From contig NC_083412.1 of the NCBI RefSeq assembly GCF_020745735.1, positions 17,912,235 through 17,976,234 on the forward strand: 64,000 nt of DNA, read 5' to 3'. The notes under the pieces are model-generated. The model saw only the letters and a list, made by a program, of their open reading frames with translations, had not been told where the DNA came from and searched no databases. Positions within the stretch are counted from its first letter, which is position 1. Each line of letters begins with the position of its first letter. The DNA comes from Hemiscyllium ocellatum (Eukaryota). A program made the translations under genes and the position numbers. Of the stretch, positions 24,420 through 34,670 are shown piece after piece.

Positions 24420-24905
24420 GACAGATATCCCCAGTATTGAGGCACTGACCCCCACCTTGATCAGATATGATGGGCTGGGCATGTCATCTGCACAACTGAT
24501 ACAAGCCTCCCCAAGCAGGTGCTCTGCTCCCAGCTCTGAAGCTGCAGGCAAGCCCCAGGTGGACAGAGGAAGCGCTTCAGGGATATCCTCAAGGCCTCAC
24601 TGGGGAAGTGCAGCATTCCCACAGACACCTGGGAACCACCGGCCTAAAATCATCCCAAGTGGAAGAGGAGCATCAGGGAAGGATCAGGCACCTCGAGACT
24701 TGTCATCGCAAGAAAGCGGAAGCCGGACGCAAATAGTGAAAGGAGCGCGCGACCGCAGCAATGCCCCACCCAACCCTTCCCACATCCAACTTCTGCTCCA
24801 AGTGTAACAGGGCCTGCGGTCACCCCATCAGTCTGTTACAGCCACCTGCAGACTCACCCTGAGAGTGGAAGAGAGGCACCCTTGTCTGCGAGGGACCACC
24901 AGTGA
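24420..24905 (+). mobile_element. RTE-clade LINE 3' fragment
   Basis: PSIEAL..WAGHVI..LPKQVLCSQL..GGQRKRFRDILKASL..IPTDTW and a terminal CxxC..C remnant. Confidence 0.8.
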
Positions 24906-25112
24906 TGATCATGTTGACATAGTAATGTTGAACCTGATGTTGTACAAGAGATCCTCGTGTATCTCAGATGTATCATAACTAGTTATCAAGTCCTACGGAA
25001 TGATCCTATTTACAGTTTGTTAATAGTGCACCTATTTTCTGTCTAAGAAAGCCATCCTTCTTAATAAATGAGATTAATGTTAGCAAGAAAGGTTGGTGGC
25101 AGTGAATGGACC

Positions 25113-25203
25113 CTCCTGAAGAAGGGCTCATGCCCGAAACATCGATTCTCCTTCTGCCTTGGATGCTGCCTGGCCTGCTGCGCTTTTCCAGCAACACATT
25201 TTT
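25113..25203 (+). mobile_element. Single 91-bp PLE family A terminus starting 3 nt before the hammerhead core
   Basis: CUGAAGA at 25116-25122, stem II GGGC/GCCC, GAAAC AUC. TSD tggcagtgaa(tg/ca)gacc at 25097-25112 and 25204-25219. Confidence 0.75.
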
Positions 25204-25844
25204 TGGCAGTGAACAGACCTAAGACATCGCAGATAGTTCAGGTAACTACATTGATCTAAGAGAGTTCAGACCTTAAGACCAGAAGCCATTCAGTCCATTG
25301 AATCGACTCTGACATTCTGAAAGGCCTGATCTGCACTTTCTTGCCTTTCCCCCATAAACCTTCCTTCCTTTGCAATGAGCAAGTTAAAGGGGAAAACAGA
25401 GATGGGGAAGAGAATATGGAGAAATGTGAAGAGATGTGGGTCGAGATAGCTGATGGTGGTGTGATGCAAATCAGGGTTTGGCAAGACGTTAGAAATAGGG
25501 GATGGATGAGCTGCTGTGGGAAGTAATTGGTTGACATTATACATTAATTACCAAGGCCAGCTACCCAGCACAAGCTACCTACACCCTGAGTGCTCCAAAA
25601 TGGCTCATTCCCAGTCATTGGAATTGCTGACAGATAAAACTTGTCCAAAAACTGAACTAACCCAGTTAAAACCCAAATGAACCATTTCTATAGAAATCAC
25701 TGAAGTTGTGCTCAATCTTTGTATTGATGGGAAGTTGAAATCTCCACATTCAAAGAAGCCTGGTACTGCACTTGGGTGCAGCCAGATCTTAAAGGGATTC
25801 GATCGCCTCAAGATAAAAGTGTTTGCAAGGGGGCAAAATTGTTT

Positions 25845-26082
25845 CAGAGCTGAAAATGTGTTGCTGGAAAAGCGCAGCAGGTCAGGCAGCATCCAAGGAA
25901 CAGGAAATTCGACTTTTCGGGCATGAGCCCTTCTTCAGGAATGATGAAAGGTTCCTGATGAAGGGCTTATGCCCGAAACATCGAATTTCCTGTTCCTTGG
26001 ATGCTGCCTGACCTGCTGCGCTTTTCCAGCAACACATTTTCAGCTCTGATCTCCAGCATCTGCAGACCTCACTTTCTCCTCG
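25845..26082. mobile_element. PLE family A inverted pair
   Basis: Perfect 14-bp TSD aaaattgtttcaga at 25835-25848 and 26083-26096. Hammerhead cores on both arms. Confidence 0.85.
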
Positions 26083-26124
26083 AAAATTGTTTCAGACACC
26101 ACATGAATTGCACAGCTTTGTAAT

Positions 26125-26432
26125 ATCATAGTATCCTTACAGAGTGGAAGCAGGCCATTCAGTCCACACTGACCCTCTGAAGGGCATCCCACCCAGACCC
26201 ACCCCACTACCTTGTCTCCCTGCATTTCCCATGGCTAATCCACCTAACCTGCACATCCCTGAACACTATGGGACAACTTAGCGTGGCCATTTCACCTAAC
26301 CTGCACATCCTTAGACTGTGGGAGGAAACCCACACAGACACAGGGGAGAATGTGCAAACTCCACACAGACTGAGGGTGGAATTGAACCCAGGTCCCTAGC
26401 GCTGTGAGGCAGCAGTGCTAACCACTGGGCCA
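26125..26432 (-). mobile_element. HE1-type SINE
   Basis: Tail-to-head match to 13715-14033. Confidence 0.8.
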
Positions 26433-26744
26433 CCTCAATGTTTGAAATGCTACACAAGGTGAAAAAAATGGAGTTGAAGAAATGCAAAAGAATGTCAAAC
26501 TACAATAGAGACAGTTAATGACGAAGCGATTGGGTAAATCTGGCCAGCCCAGCGCCCTGCTGGGTAATTGATGAATGAAGTGGATGTGCTGCTGCTCTTG
26601 ACACGAGAGAACAAGTAGAGCCCAGGCTGCATTATCCCATCGGCCTGACACGGGAAACTGGGCACGCACCCTCAGGAGTATTAGTGGCCAAGGTGAGCCA
26701 CTAACATCCCTATTTGACCTCGACTCTTTGTGGTGTGCTGAGTG

Positions 26745-27760
26745 GGGAGGTGGTGGCATCACGGTACTTTCACAGGGTTGGTTATCCAGTGAATGCTCGA
26801 GGGACAGGAGATCAAATCCCACAACAGCAGCTGAGGAAATGCTGCTTCAGTGAAATGGAGGATATTAAAGGCTAAATTACTACAATGTTGATTGTGGTAA
26901 AATTCCACATGGTGTTGAACTCGCCTCTCCTTAACTGGTCTGCTCAAAGTATGGCCTGCAGAAATGAAGAGGAGTGGCTCAGTGGTTAGCACTGTTGCCT
27001 CATAGCACTAGGGACCTGGGTTCAATTCCCGCCTTGGGTGATTGTCTGTGCGCAGTTTGCACATCCTTTCTGTGTCGATGTTCTGGTTTCCTCCCACACG
27101 TTAGGTGAATTGGCCGTGCTGAATTGCCCATAGTGTTCGGGGAAGTGCAGGCTAAGTGGGTGAGCCTTGGGGAATGTCTGGGTGGGGTGCCCTTCGCAGG
27201 GTCAATGGCCTGTTGCCACATTGTCGGGACTCGATAAAGTTGACTCTTACCTGTGCTCAGAAATGGCCGAACAGGCCGCTCAGCTTTTCCAAAACTCTGT
27301 CAAGTTGAAACAAAGGAAGGAAAGCAGATAGATCACCTGAGACTCCAGACACGTGACATCAAACTCAGGCCTGTTGACCCTGAAAGGTCTGGTGGCTTTT
27401 GTCAAAACTGGGAGAGCTGTCCAACAGACAGACCAAGCAACAGCCTGTCATGGTTGTATCTACTGAATCATACCGTCAAGAAAGTATCTCAGCCACCACC
27501 ATCACCATGCCTGGATATGTCCTGTCCCACCAGCAGGCCATGCCCAGCAGAGGAGACAGAACAATGGATATACAGTCAGGGGGGTGTTGCCCTGTGAGAC
27601 CTCAACATTGATTCCGGACCCCAGGAAGTCTCACGGCTTCAGGTCAAACATGGACAAGGAAAGCTCCTACTGATGACCTCCCTCAGCTGATAGATCAGTT
27701 CTCCTCCTTATTGAAGCATTAGGGGTGGCAGAGGGGCAGAATCTATCTTGGATGGGGGAC
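26745..27760 (+). mobile_element. 5' end of a tRNA-headed APE LINE, interrupted by an HE1 SINE (about 26971-27235, +)
   Basis: Degenerate A/B boxes (tggcatcacgg / agatcaaatccc), SINE-like body, then KLGELSNRQTKQQP..TESY..TITMPGYVLSH endonuclease remnant. Confidence 0.6.
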
Positions 27761-28114
27761 GTAGAGTCACAGAGATAAACAGCACTGAAGCAGACCCTTT
27801 AAAAGCTCCATGGCATAGTTACAACTGGATTTCAGCTCTGCATTTTTAATTACTGTTCCATTTTTAACATCTTATTATTAAAACAACTTCTGTGGATTCT
27901 TTGCGCAATTGGGCACATCAAAGTTTTACCTTTGAAGGGTTAAGGTAGACCTGGTGAGCAGCAATTCATAACACAGGGAATCTTCTTTCATTTGCCTGGC
28001 TTTTAAAACTATTCCTTATCGAAAAGGAGGATGATTTCAGTTTGCCTTCTGAGTTGCAATTTTACTGTTCTCATGGAGTTTCACTTTGAGCTTGTGAAAA
28101 AGGCCAGAACCTCA

Positions 28115-29205
28115 AAGGGTCCTACAACAGGAAAACAGATCCTTTGGTCCAACACGTCCATGTCGGCTAGATATCCTAACCTAATCAAGTCCCATTTCCA
28201 GCACGTGGCCCATATCTCTCTACACCCTTCCATTTCAGTTCCCTTTTAAATGTTGCAATTGTACCAGCTTCCACCGCTTCCTCTGGCAGCTCATTCCATA
28301 CACGCACCATGCTCTGTGTGAAAAAGTTGCCCCTTAGACCTTTGTCTATTTACTCTATGCTCCTCTCTCCCCACCCCCACCCTCATCTAGCTTATCTCTC
28401 CACACTTCAGGCTCTCTACCTTTATTCCTGATGAAGGGCTTTTGCCTGAAACATCGATTTTACTGCTCCTCGGATGCTGCCTGAACTGCTGTGCTCTTCC
28501 AGCACCACTAATCCAGAATCTGGTTTCCAGCATCTGCAGTCATTGTTTTTACCTCGTTGATTTTAACCCTACTGCAAATCCTCTTACAAGGATGCCTGTC
28601 TTGAAGGAGTTTTCCTCCTCTCTCTACAAGAATCTCAGGGAGTCCCTGTCCCACTGCAACTCCCAGGTCATTTTCTCTGCCCTGAAAGAAAGGTACTCTA
28701 TGCTACTTTCTCCCCATCCCCACCCTCCTCTAGCTTATCTCTCCACACTTCAGGCTCTCGGCCTTTATTCCTGATGAAGGGCTTTTGCCCGAAACATCGA
28801 TTTTACTGCTCCTTGGATGCTGCCTGAACTGCTGTGCTCTTCCAGCACCACTGATCCAGAATCTGGTTTCCAGCATCTGCAGTCATTGTTTTTACCTTTG
28901 TCTATTTACCCTATCCATGCCCTTCATGACTTTATAAACCTCTACAAGGTCACCCCTCAGCCTTCAACGCTCCAGGGAAACAGCCCCAGCCTATTCGGCC
29001 TTTCCCTGTAGCTCAAACCCTCCAACCCTGACAACATCCTTGTAAATCTTTTATTACCTTTCCAAGCTTCATAACATCCTTCCAATAGGAAGGAGACCAG
29101 AATTGCACACCATATTCCAAAAGTGGCCTGGCCAATGTCCTATACAGCCGCAACATGACCTCCCAAACTCCTGTACTCAATGCAAGCATACAAAATGCCT
29201 TCTTA
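28115..29205 (-). mobile_element. HER1/CR1 3' fragment hosting a tandem PLE insertion
   Basis: Similar to 37715-38210 and, in reverse, to 33930-34670. Interrupted at 28351-28897. Confidence 0.85.
28351..28897 (+). mobile_element. Tandem PLE family A terminal repeats with two hammerheads
   Basis: Direct repeats about 28351-28554 and 28694-28897. Cores at 28428 and 28771. TSD acctttgtctatttac at 28338-28353 and 28894-28909, partly overlapping the element ends. Confidence 0.85.
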
Positions 29206-30194
29206 AATTATTTCCACTGGTGGAAAAGTTTGGGATAAAAGCACAAAACCCAGATCTGGGCTCTTCAGGGTGATCATTGGAAAAACTTCACAGAAAATGC
29301 AGCCGAAATCTGCAGCCCTATCATTGTCAGAAGCGGCAATGTGGCTGGGCGTTAATTGAAAATTGTAAATCAGGGTTTGATAGCCTTGAGTTAGGAAGGG
29401 CCATTAAGGTTAACGGAGCCAAAACTGGCCAGTGGAGCACGCGATACAGGTCAGCCTCCCAGAATGGAATAGCAGTAAAACGTGCAAATGACACACACCG
29501 GTCTGCCAGGATTTGTACACCACAGGGTGTGACGTGGAATGGGGTCGGGGGTTGATGGAGGAACCTCCGTACAATAATGGGAAAGAATGGGGGGCAATTC
29601 TGACATTAACATGCTGTAGAGGCCCAGAGAAGAGGGGAATGACAGAGTTGGAATGGAGAGCTGGAATCACTATTGCAGCTTTTGTAATGAAGTCAGCTGG
29701 GTGAAGCTCATGGAATATGAGTTCCTGATTGGGGCTGTCCAATCGGGGATCCTTGGCTGACAGATGTAAACAGGAATGTCAGAGGTTGTGTTCACTCCAG
29801 GAGCTGCCTCTAGGCTATGTGTCAAGTGCCATGCATGTGTGAACAAAGGGTGATTTGGTAATGGGATGGCAGGCTCTGTGCAGTTATTTCAAATATTCCA
29901 TCCAGCTGGATGTCAATAAACCTACAAACATACAAAACAGGAGCTGTAGGCCATTCAGCCCCACCATCCAATACGCAGACCTGTTTCAGATTCCACATTC
30001 CCCAATAACTCTGGATCCCCCGTTGAACAGGAATTTATCCACCTCTGTCTTTAAACTCTTCGAAAAACCCTCCCCCGGCTCCACCAGCTGCTGAGGCAGA
30101 GAGTTCCAAAGTCACACAGTCCTCCAAGAGAAAATAGAACACCCAGTTCACAGGAACACCCGAGAGGCAGACAGTAGTCCCTTACAGTAGGGTC

Positions 30195-30538
30195 GAGCCA
30201 GAGGAGCACACCTTCTGACTCAGAACAAGGGCATGGTTCCTGCAGATGCTGGAGATTAGAGTCAAGATCAGAGTGGTGCTGGAAAAGCACAGCAGGTCAG
30301 GCAGCAAGTGAGAAGTGGGAGAATCGATGTTTCAGGCAAAAGACCTTCATTAAGAATCAGGTGGTGGAGACGGGGGTTCCTGGTGAAGGGCTTTTGCCCG
30401 AAATGCCGATTTTCCTGCTCCTCGGATGCTGCCTGACCTGCTGTGCTTTTCCAACACCACTCTGATCTTGACTCTAATCTCCAGCATCTGCAGGAACCAT
30501 GTCCTTGTTCTGAGTCAGAAGGTGTGCTCCTCTGGCTC
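30195..30538. repeat. ~344-bp inverted repeat built on a PLE family A pair
   Basis: 30195-30306 versus 30427-30538 differ at only 2 positions. The inner arms are much more diverged. Confidence 0.85.
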
Positions 30539-31021
30539 ACACGGATGATCCCTGGAATGGCAGGTCTAACATATGAGGAACGGCTGAGGATCTTGAGATT
30601 GTATTCATTGGAGTTTAGAAGATTAAGGGGAGACTTAATAGAGACGTACAAGATAATACATGGCTTGGAAAGGGTAGACGCTAGGAAATTGTTTCCATTA
30701 GGCGAGGAGACTAGGACCCGTGGACACAGCCTTAGAATTAGAGGGGGTCAATTCAGAACAGAAATGCAGAGACATTTCTTCAGCCAGAGAGTGGTGGGCC
30801 TGTGGAATTCATTGCCACAGGGTGCAGTGGAGGCCGGGAGCTAAATGTCTTCAAGGCAGAGATTGATAGATTCTTGTTGTCTCGAGGAATTAAGGGCTAC
30901 GGGGAGAACGGGTAAGTGGAGTTGAAATGCCCATCAGCCATGATTGAATGGTGGAGTGGACTCGATGGGCCGAATGGCCTTACTTCCACTTCTATGTCTT
31001 ATGGTCTTATGGTCTCTTATG
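30539..31021 (+). mobile_element. CR1 3' fragment (relatively young) with a (ttatggtc)n tail
   Basis: TRMIPGMAGLTYEERLRILRLYSLEFRRLRGDLIETYKII..FFSQRVVGLWNSLP. Confidence 0.9.
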
Positions 31022-31847
31022 GACTCAGAATAGAGACAGTACGGTTGGGCTGAAGAACCAATAATGCAGGACACAAGCTGTACACCTAGACCCCATAGTT
31101 GGAAACGTCTACATCCATTTCCCATGGGTTCTTTACGTAGATCTTAAAGCAGGAGCTGGCTCCTTTCACTGTGCAGACTCCTTCAGCATCCAGCTCGGAG
31201 GAACGATATAAGCCTGAACATTGAACCTGGAGCTGCAAGCAACGAGACGGTGAATGACCTCCTTGGTAATAACTCCAGCTTCCCACGGAAAAGTTTTCCC
31301 AAATCCGTTGACTTTCCACTCGACCGAAAGAGACACAGAGCACTGCGACTCTTGCAATCCCGGCAGCCATTCACAATCCACCAGTCCCTCAGAATCCTCT
31401 CCTCCTCTCAACCAATCATTGTTCTTCAGACAATGCAAAGGCAGCTGTAGCACCATTTCTTTAAATGATGAATGGGTTAATTAGGTCAAGTTTCATTCAA
31501 GAATCTACTCAAAAAAAAAGCATCAGGCAGACCCACATAACACTCAGGAAGTCAGAGGATAAACTAACTGCTTCAAATGAGGAAGTATCGCCTGTCTCGT
31601 AAGGCTGCTGGGCTTTGGAATGCATTTCCCAAAGAGCATTGGAGTTTGGGTCATTAAATATGATCTAGGCTGAGTTAGAGAGATTTCAAATTGACGAGGG
31701 AGTCAAGGGGTACAGGGCAATGGTGCTGCTGCCTGAATGACAGAATGTGGAGCTGAAGGTCCAGTCGAATCCTGGCCATGAAACAAAAAACACTGCAGAT
31801 GCTGGAGATCTGAAATAAAAACAGAAAATGCTGCAGCAGCTCAGCAA

Positions 31848-32145
31848 GTGGCATGGTGGTTCAGGGGTTAGCACTGCTGCCTCACAGCGCCAGGGTTCGA
31901 TTCCAGCCTCGGGTGATTGTCTGTGTGCAGTTTGTATGTTTTCTCTGTGTCTGCATGGGGTTCCTCCTACAATCTAAGATGTGCAGGTTAGGTGAGATGG
32001 CCAAGCTAAACTGCCCATAGTGTTCCGCTATGTGTTGGTTAGGTGCACGAGTTAGGGGAATGGGTCTGGCTGGGATACTCTTCGAAGGGACAGTGTGGAC
32101 TTGTTGGGTTACATGGCAGGTTTCCACACTGCAGGGATTCGATGA
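31848..32145 (+). mobile_element. HE1-type SINE
   Basis: tRNA head with B box ggttcgattcc, V-domain and tail. Confidence 0.8.
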
Positions 32146-32424
32146 ATATAGTCTGGCAGTACCTAAGAAGAGAGAGAAACAGTGCTTATATTTCAAGGCC
32201 AGCATGCCACTTGTGCAGAACTATCATGAGTTGGAAAATGTTTTTGATTTGATACTTTTGACAGAGGCAGAGGCCCAGTGGAAAAGACAATGGGCCTGAA
32301 AATGTACTCACCTTTTCCCAGTTCCTTTTTTCCCAAAATGAGATGTGCTGAGATGAAGTCAGCTGCAAGGCGGGCTGTGGGAAGTATAAGGGCTAGCAGA
32401 TTCTCGATCGACTGAATGGCCTTC

Positions 32425-32742
32425 ATGGGATGTGGGCATTGCTGACAAGGCCAGCACTGGTTGCCCATCCCTAATCAGCCTTGAACTGAGTGGCCTTCCT
32501 TGGCCACTTCAGAGGGACAGGTAAGAATCAACCATATGTTTGTGAGTCTGGAGTCATGTGTAGTCCAGGCCAGGTAAGGATGATGGATTCCCTCCCCTAA
32601 AGAGTGTAAGTGAGTAAGACAGGTCTTAACAACAACTAATTAGCATTCAAATCTCCATTTATTAATTTCATTCAAAAGCCATCATCTGCCATGTTGAGAT
32701 TTGAACCCATGACCCAAGAGCAATTGCTTGGGCCTCTGGATG
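32425..32742 (-). mobile_element. Unnamed tRNA-derived SINE
   Basis: Homologous to 39190-39515 and 40425-40755. Reverse B box gatttgaacc near 32698. Confidence 0.7.
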
Positions 32743-32744
32743 GT

Positions 32745-32990
32745 AGAATCCCTACATTGTGGAAAGCAGCCGTACAGACCATTAAATCTAAGTGTTTCCC
32801 ACCCAAACTTAGCCTCCAACCCTATGTTTCCCATGGGTAACCTGTCCAGCTTGCGCATCCCTGCACACTATGGAGCAATTGAGCATGGCCAATCCTCCTG
32901 TCCTGCACATCTTTGAACTGTGGGAGGAAACCGGAGCACCCGGAAGAAACCCATGCAGAAACGGGGAGAACGTGTAAACTCCACACAGAT
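32745..32990 (-). mobile_element. HE1-type SINE, 5'-truncated
   Basis: V-domain gggaggaaaccggagcacccgg and tail. Confidence 0.75.
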
Positions 32991-33929
32991 ACCAATATCC
33001 GGCCACGTTCATGAACAGTGCATTTTGCATTATGTAAAATGCAGCAGTGACATTTCAGAGAACTTTGGGATAATTTTCGACAAGACTGTTTTCAAACAGT
33101 CCTTGAAAGTCCTCAACAAGTTGACGTAAATTTGGTTTATATGGATCTGAGCCAGAATACTCAGTCCTTTGCAGCTGGTCCCACTGTGGCTATGTTGCCA
33201 GAAAATGGCCAACCCCTTGACATTGAGTTTGATCACTCCTGTGAAAGTGCTCATGATTTAAAGTTGGAAATATATCTATTTTATATGCGAAGTAATAACA
33301 GTCGGGCTGGTATGAAAGTATATACATAAAAATGATTTAGCGCTGCTCAGGAAACGGAGCTAGATTACAGAGACAATCTGGTCTATTTGGACGGATAAGA
33401 AAGGCTACCCCCTTTGAGGTTCTGGCCTTTTTTACATGCACTAAGTGAAACTGCAGGCCACCAAAAGTTAGTGAGGCCTATCACCAGGGAAGGAGTTGGT
33501 TGGGGGGGCAGTGTTAGGGGCATTTAATTGTCATCTTAGAGGGGTGTGGAACTCCCAGGACAGCTATATCCCTGGAGAATATTTCCTCTCCCACAAAAAT
33601 AAACCAGCAGAATAACCTTTAAGCTTTCCTTTCCTTCACCTGTGGAATCTTTGGATGATTTTTAAAAAAATCATTCGTGGGAGTCAATGGCTGGGTTGGC
33701 ATTTATTGCCTGTCCCCTGGTTGCTCGTTGAGACGGTGGTGGTGAGCTGCCTCCTTGAACCATTGCAGCCCGTGTATGGGGAGCATTCTGAAAGGACCTC
33801 ATTTCAAAGTTAAAACAGGCGGGAGTTGTGGACACCTAACAGTAGGCCCTTTGTAAATGGCGCAGGCCACCACTGCCAGTATTGAGAGGGGCAGTATGAC
33901 TGTTAGCCTCACTCTGAAGACACGCCTAA

Positions 33930-34670
33930 GGCAAACCTGGGCAGGATTTATAGAGTTAATGGTAAGGCCCTGGGGAGTTTTGCCGAACAAGAGTACCTGG
34001 GGGTATGGGTGCATAGTGCCTTGAAAGTAGCATTGTGGGTAGACAAGGTGATGAAGAAGGCACTTGACATGCTTGTCTTCATTGGTCAGAACATTGAGTA
34101 GAGGAGTTTTGGCTGTATAAGATATTGGTAAGGCCACTTTTAGAATATTGCATACAATTCTGGTCACCCTTCTACAGGAAGGATGTTGTCAAACTTGAGA
34201 GGGTACAGAAAATATTTCCAAAAATGTTGCCAGGACTGAAGGGTTTGACTTTTAGACAGAGGCTGGTGCTTTTTCCCCTGGAGTGTTGGAGGCTGAGGAG
34301 TGACCTTACAGCCGTTTATAAAATCATGAAGGACATGGATAGAGTGAATAGCCAAGGTCTTTTTGCTAGGACAGGGGAGTCCACAACTAGATAGCATAGC
34401 TTTAAGGAGAAAGGGGAAAGATTTACAAAGGATCTGAGGGGCAACGTTTTCATGCAGAGGGTGGTGTGTGTGTGGAATGAGCTGCCAGAGGAAGTGGTGG
34501 AGGCTGGTACAATTGCAACATTTAAAAGGCATCTGGCTGGGTATATGAAGAAGGGTTGACAGGGATGTGGGTCAAGTGCTGGCAAATGGGATAAGGTCAG
34601 ATTGAGATGTCTAGTTGGCATGGACTGGTTGGACCAAAGGGTCTGTTTCTGGGCTGTAGGACACTATGGC
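33930..34670 (+). mobile_element. HER1/CR1 3' fragment
   Basis: VRPLLEYCIQFWSPFYRKDVVKLERVQK..LECWRLRSDL. Confidence 0.9.

Noticed and set aside
25845-26082. Inverted pairs as MITEs (DNA transposons) or pre-miRNAs
   Set aside because: The arms are asymmetric, TSD length varies (11-18 bp), and single and tandem copies exist. A related terminus adjoins PLE RT/GIY-YIG remnants at 1459-2915.
31030-31484. Unique stretch with several overlapping 60-96 aa ORFs
   Set aside because: No recognisable domain or convincing splice sites, so it cannot be called from sequence alone.
33050-33329. Open frame ELWDNFRQDCFQ..MVYMDLSQNTQS..
   Set aside because: No recognised homology and weak splice signals.
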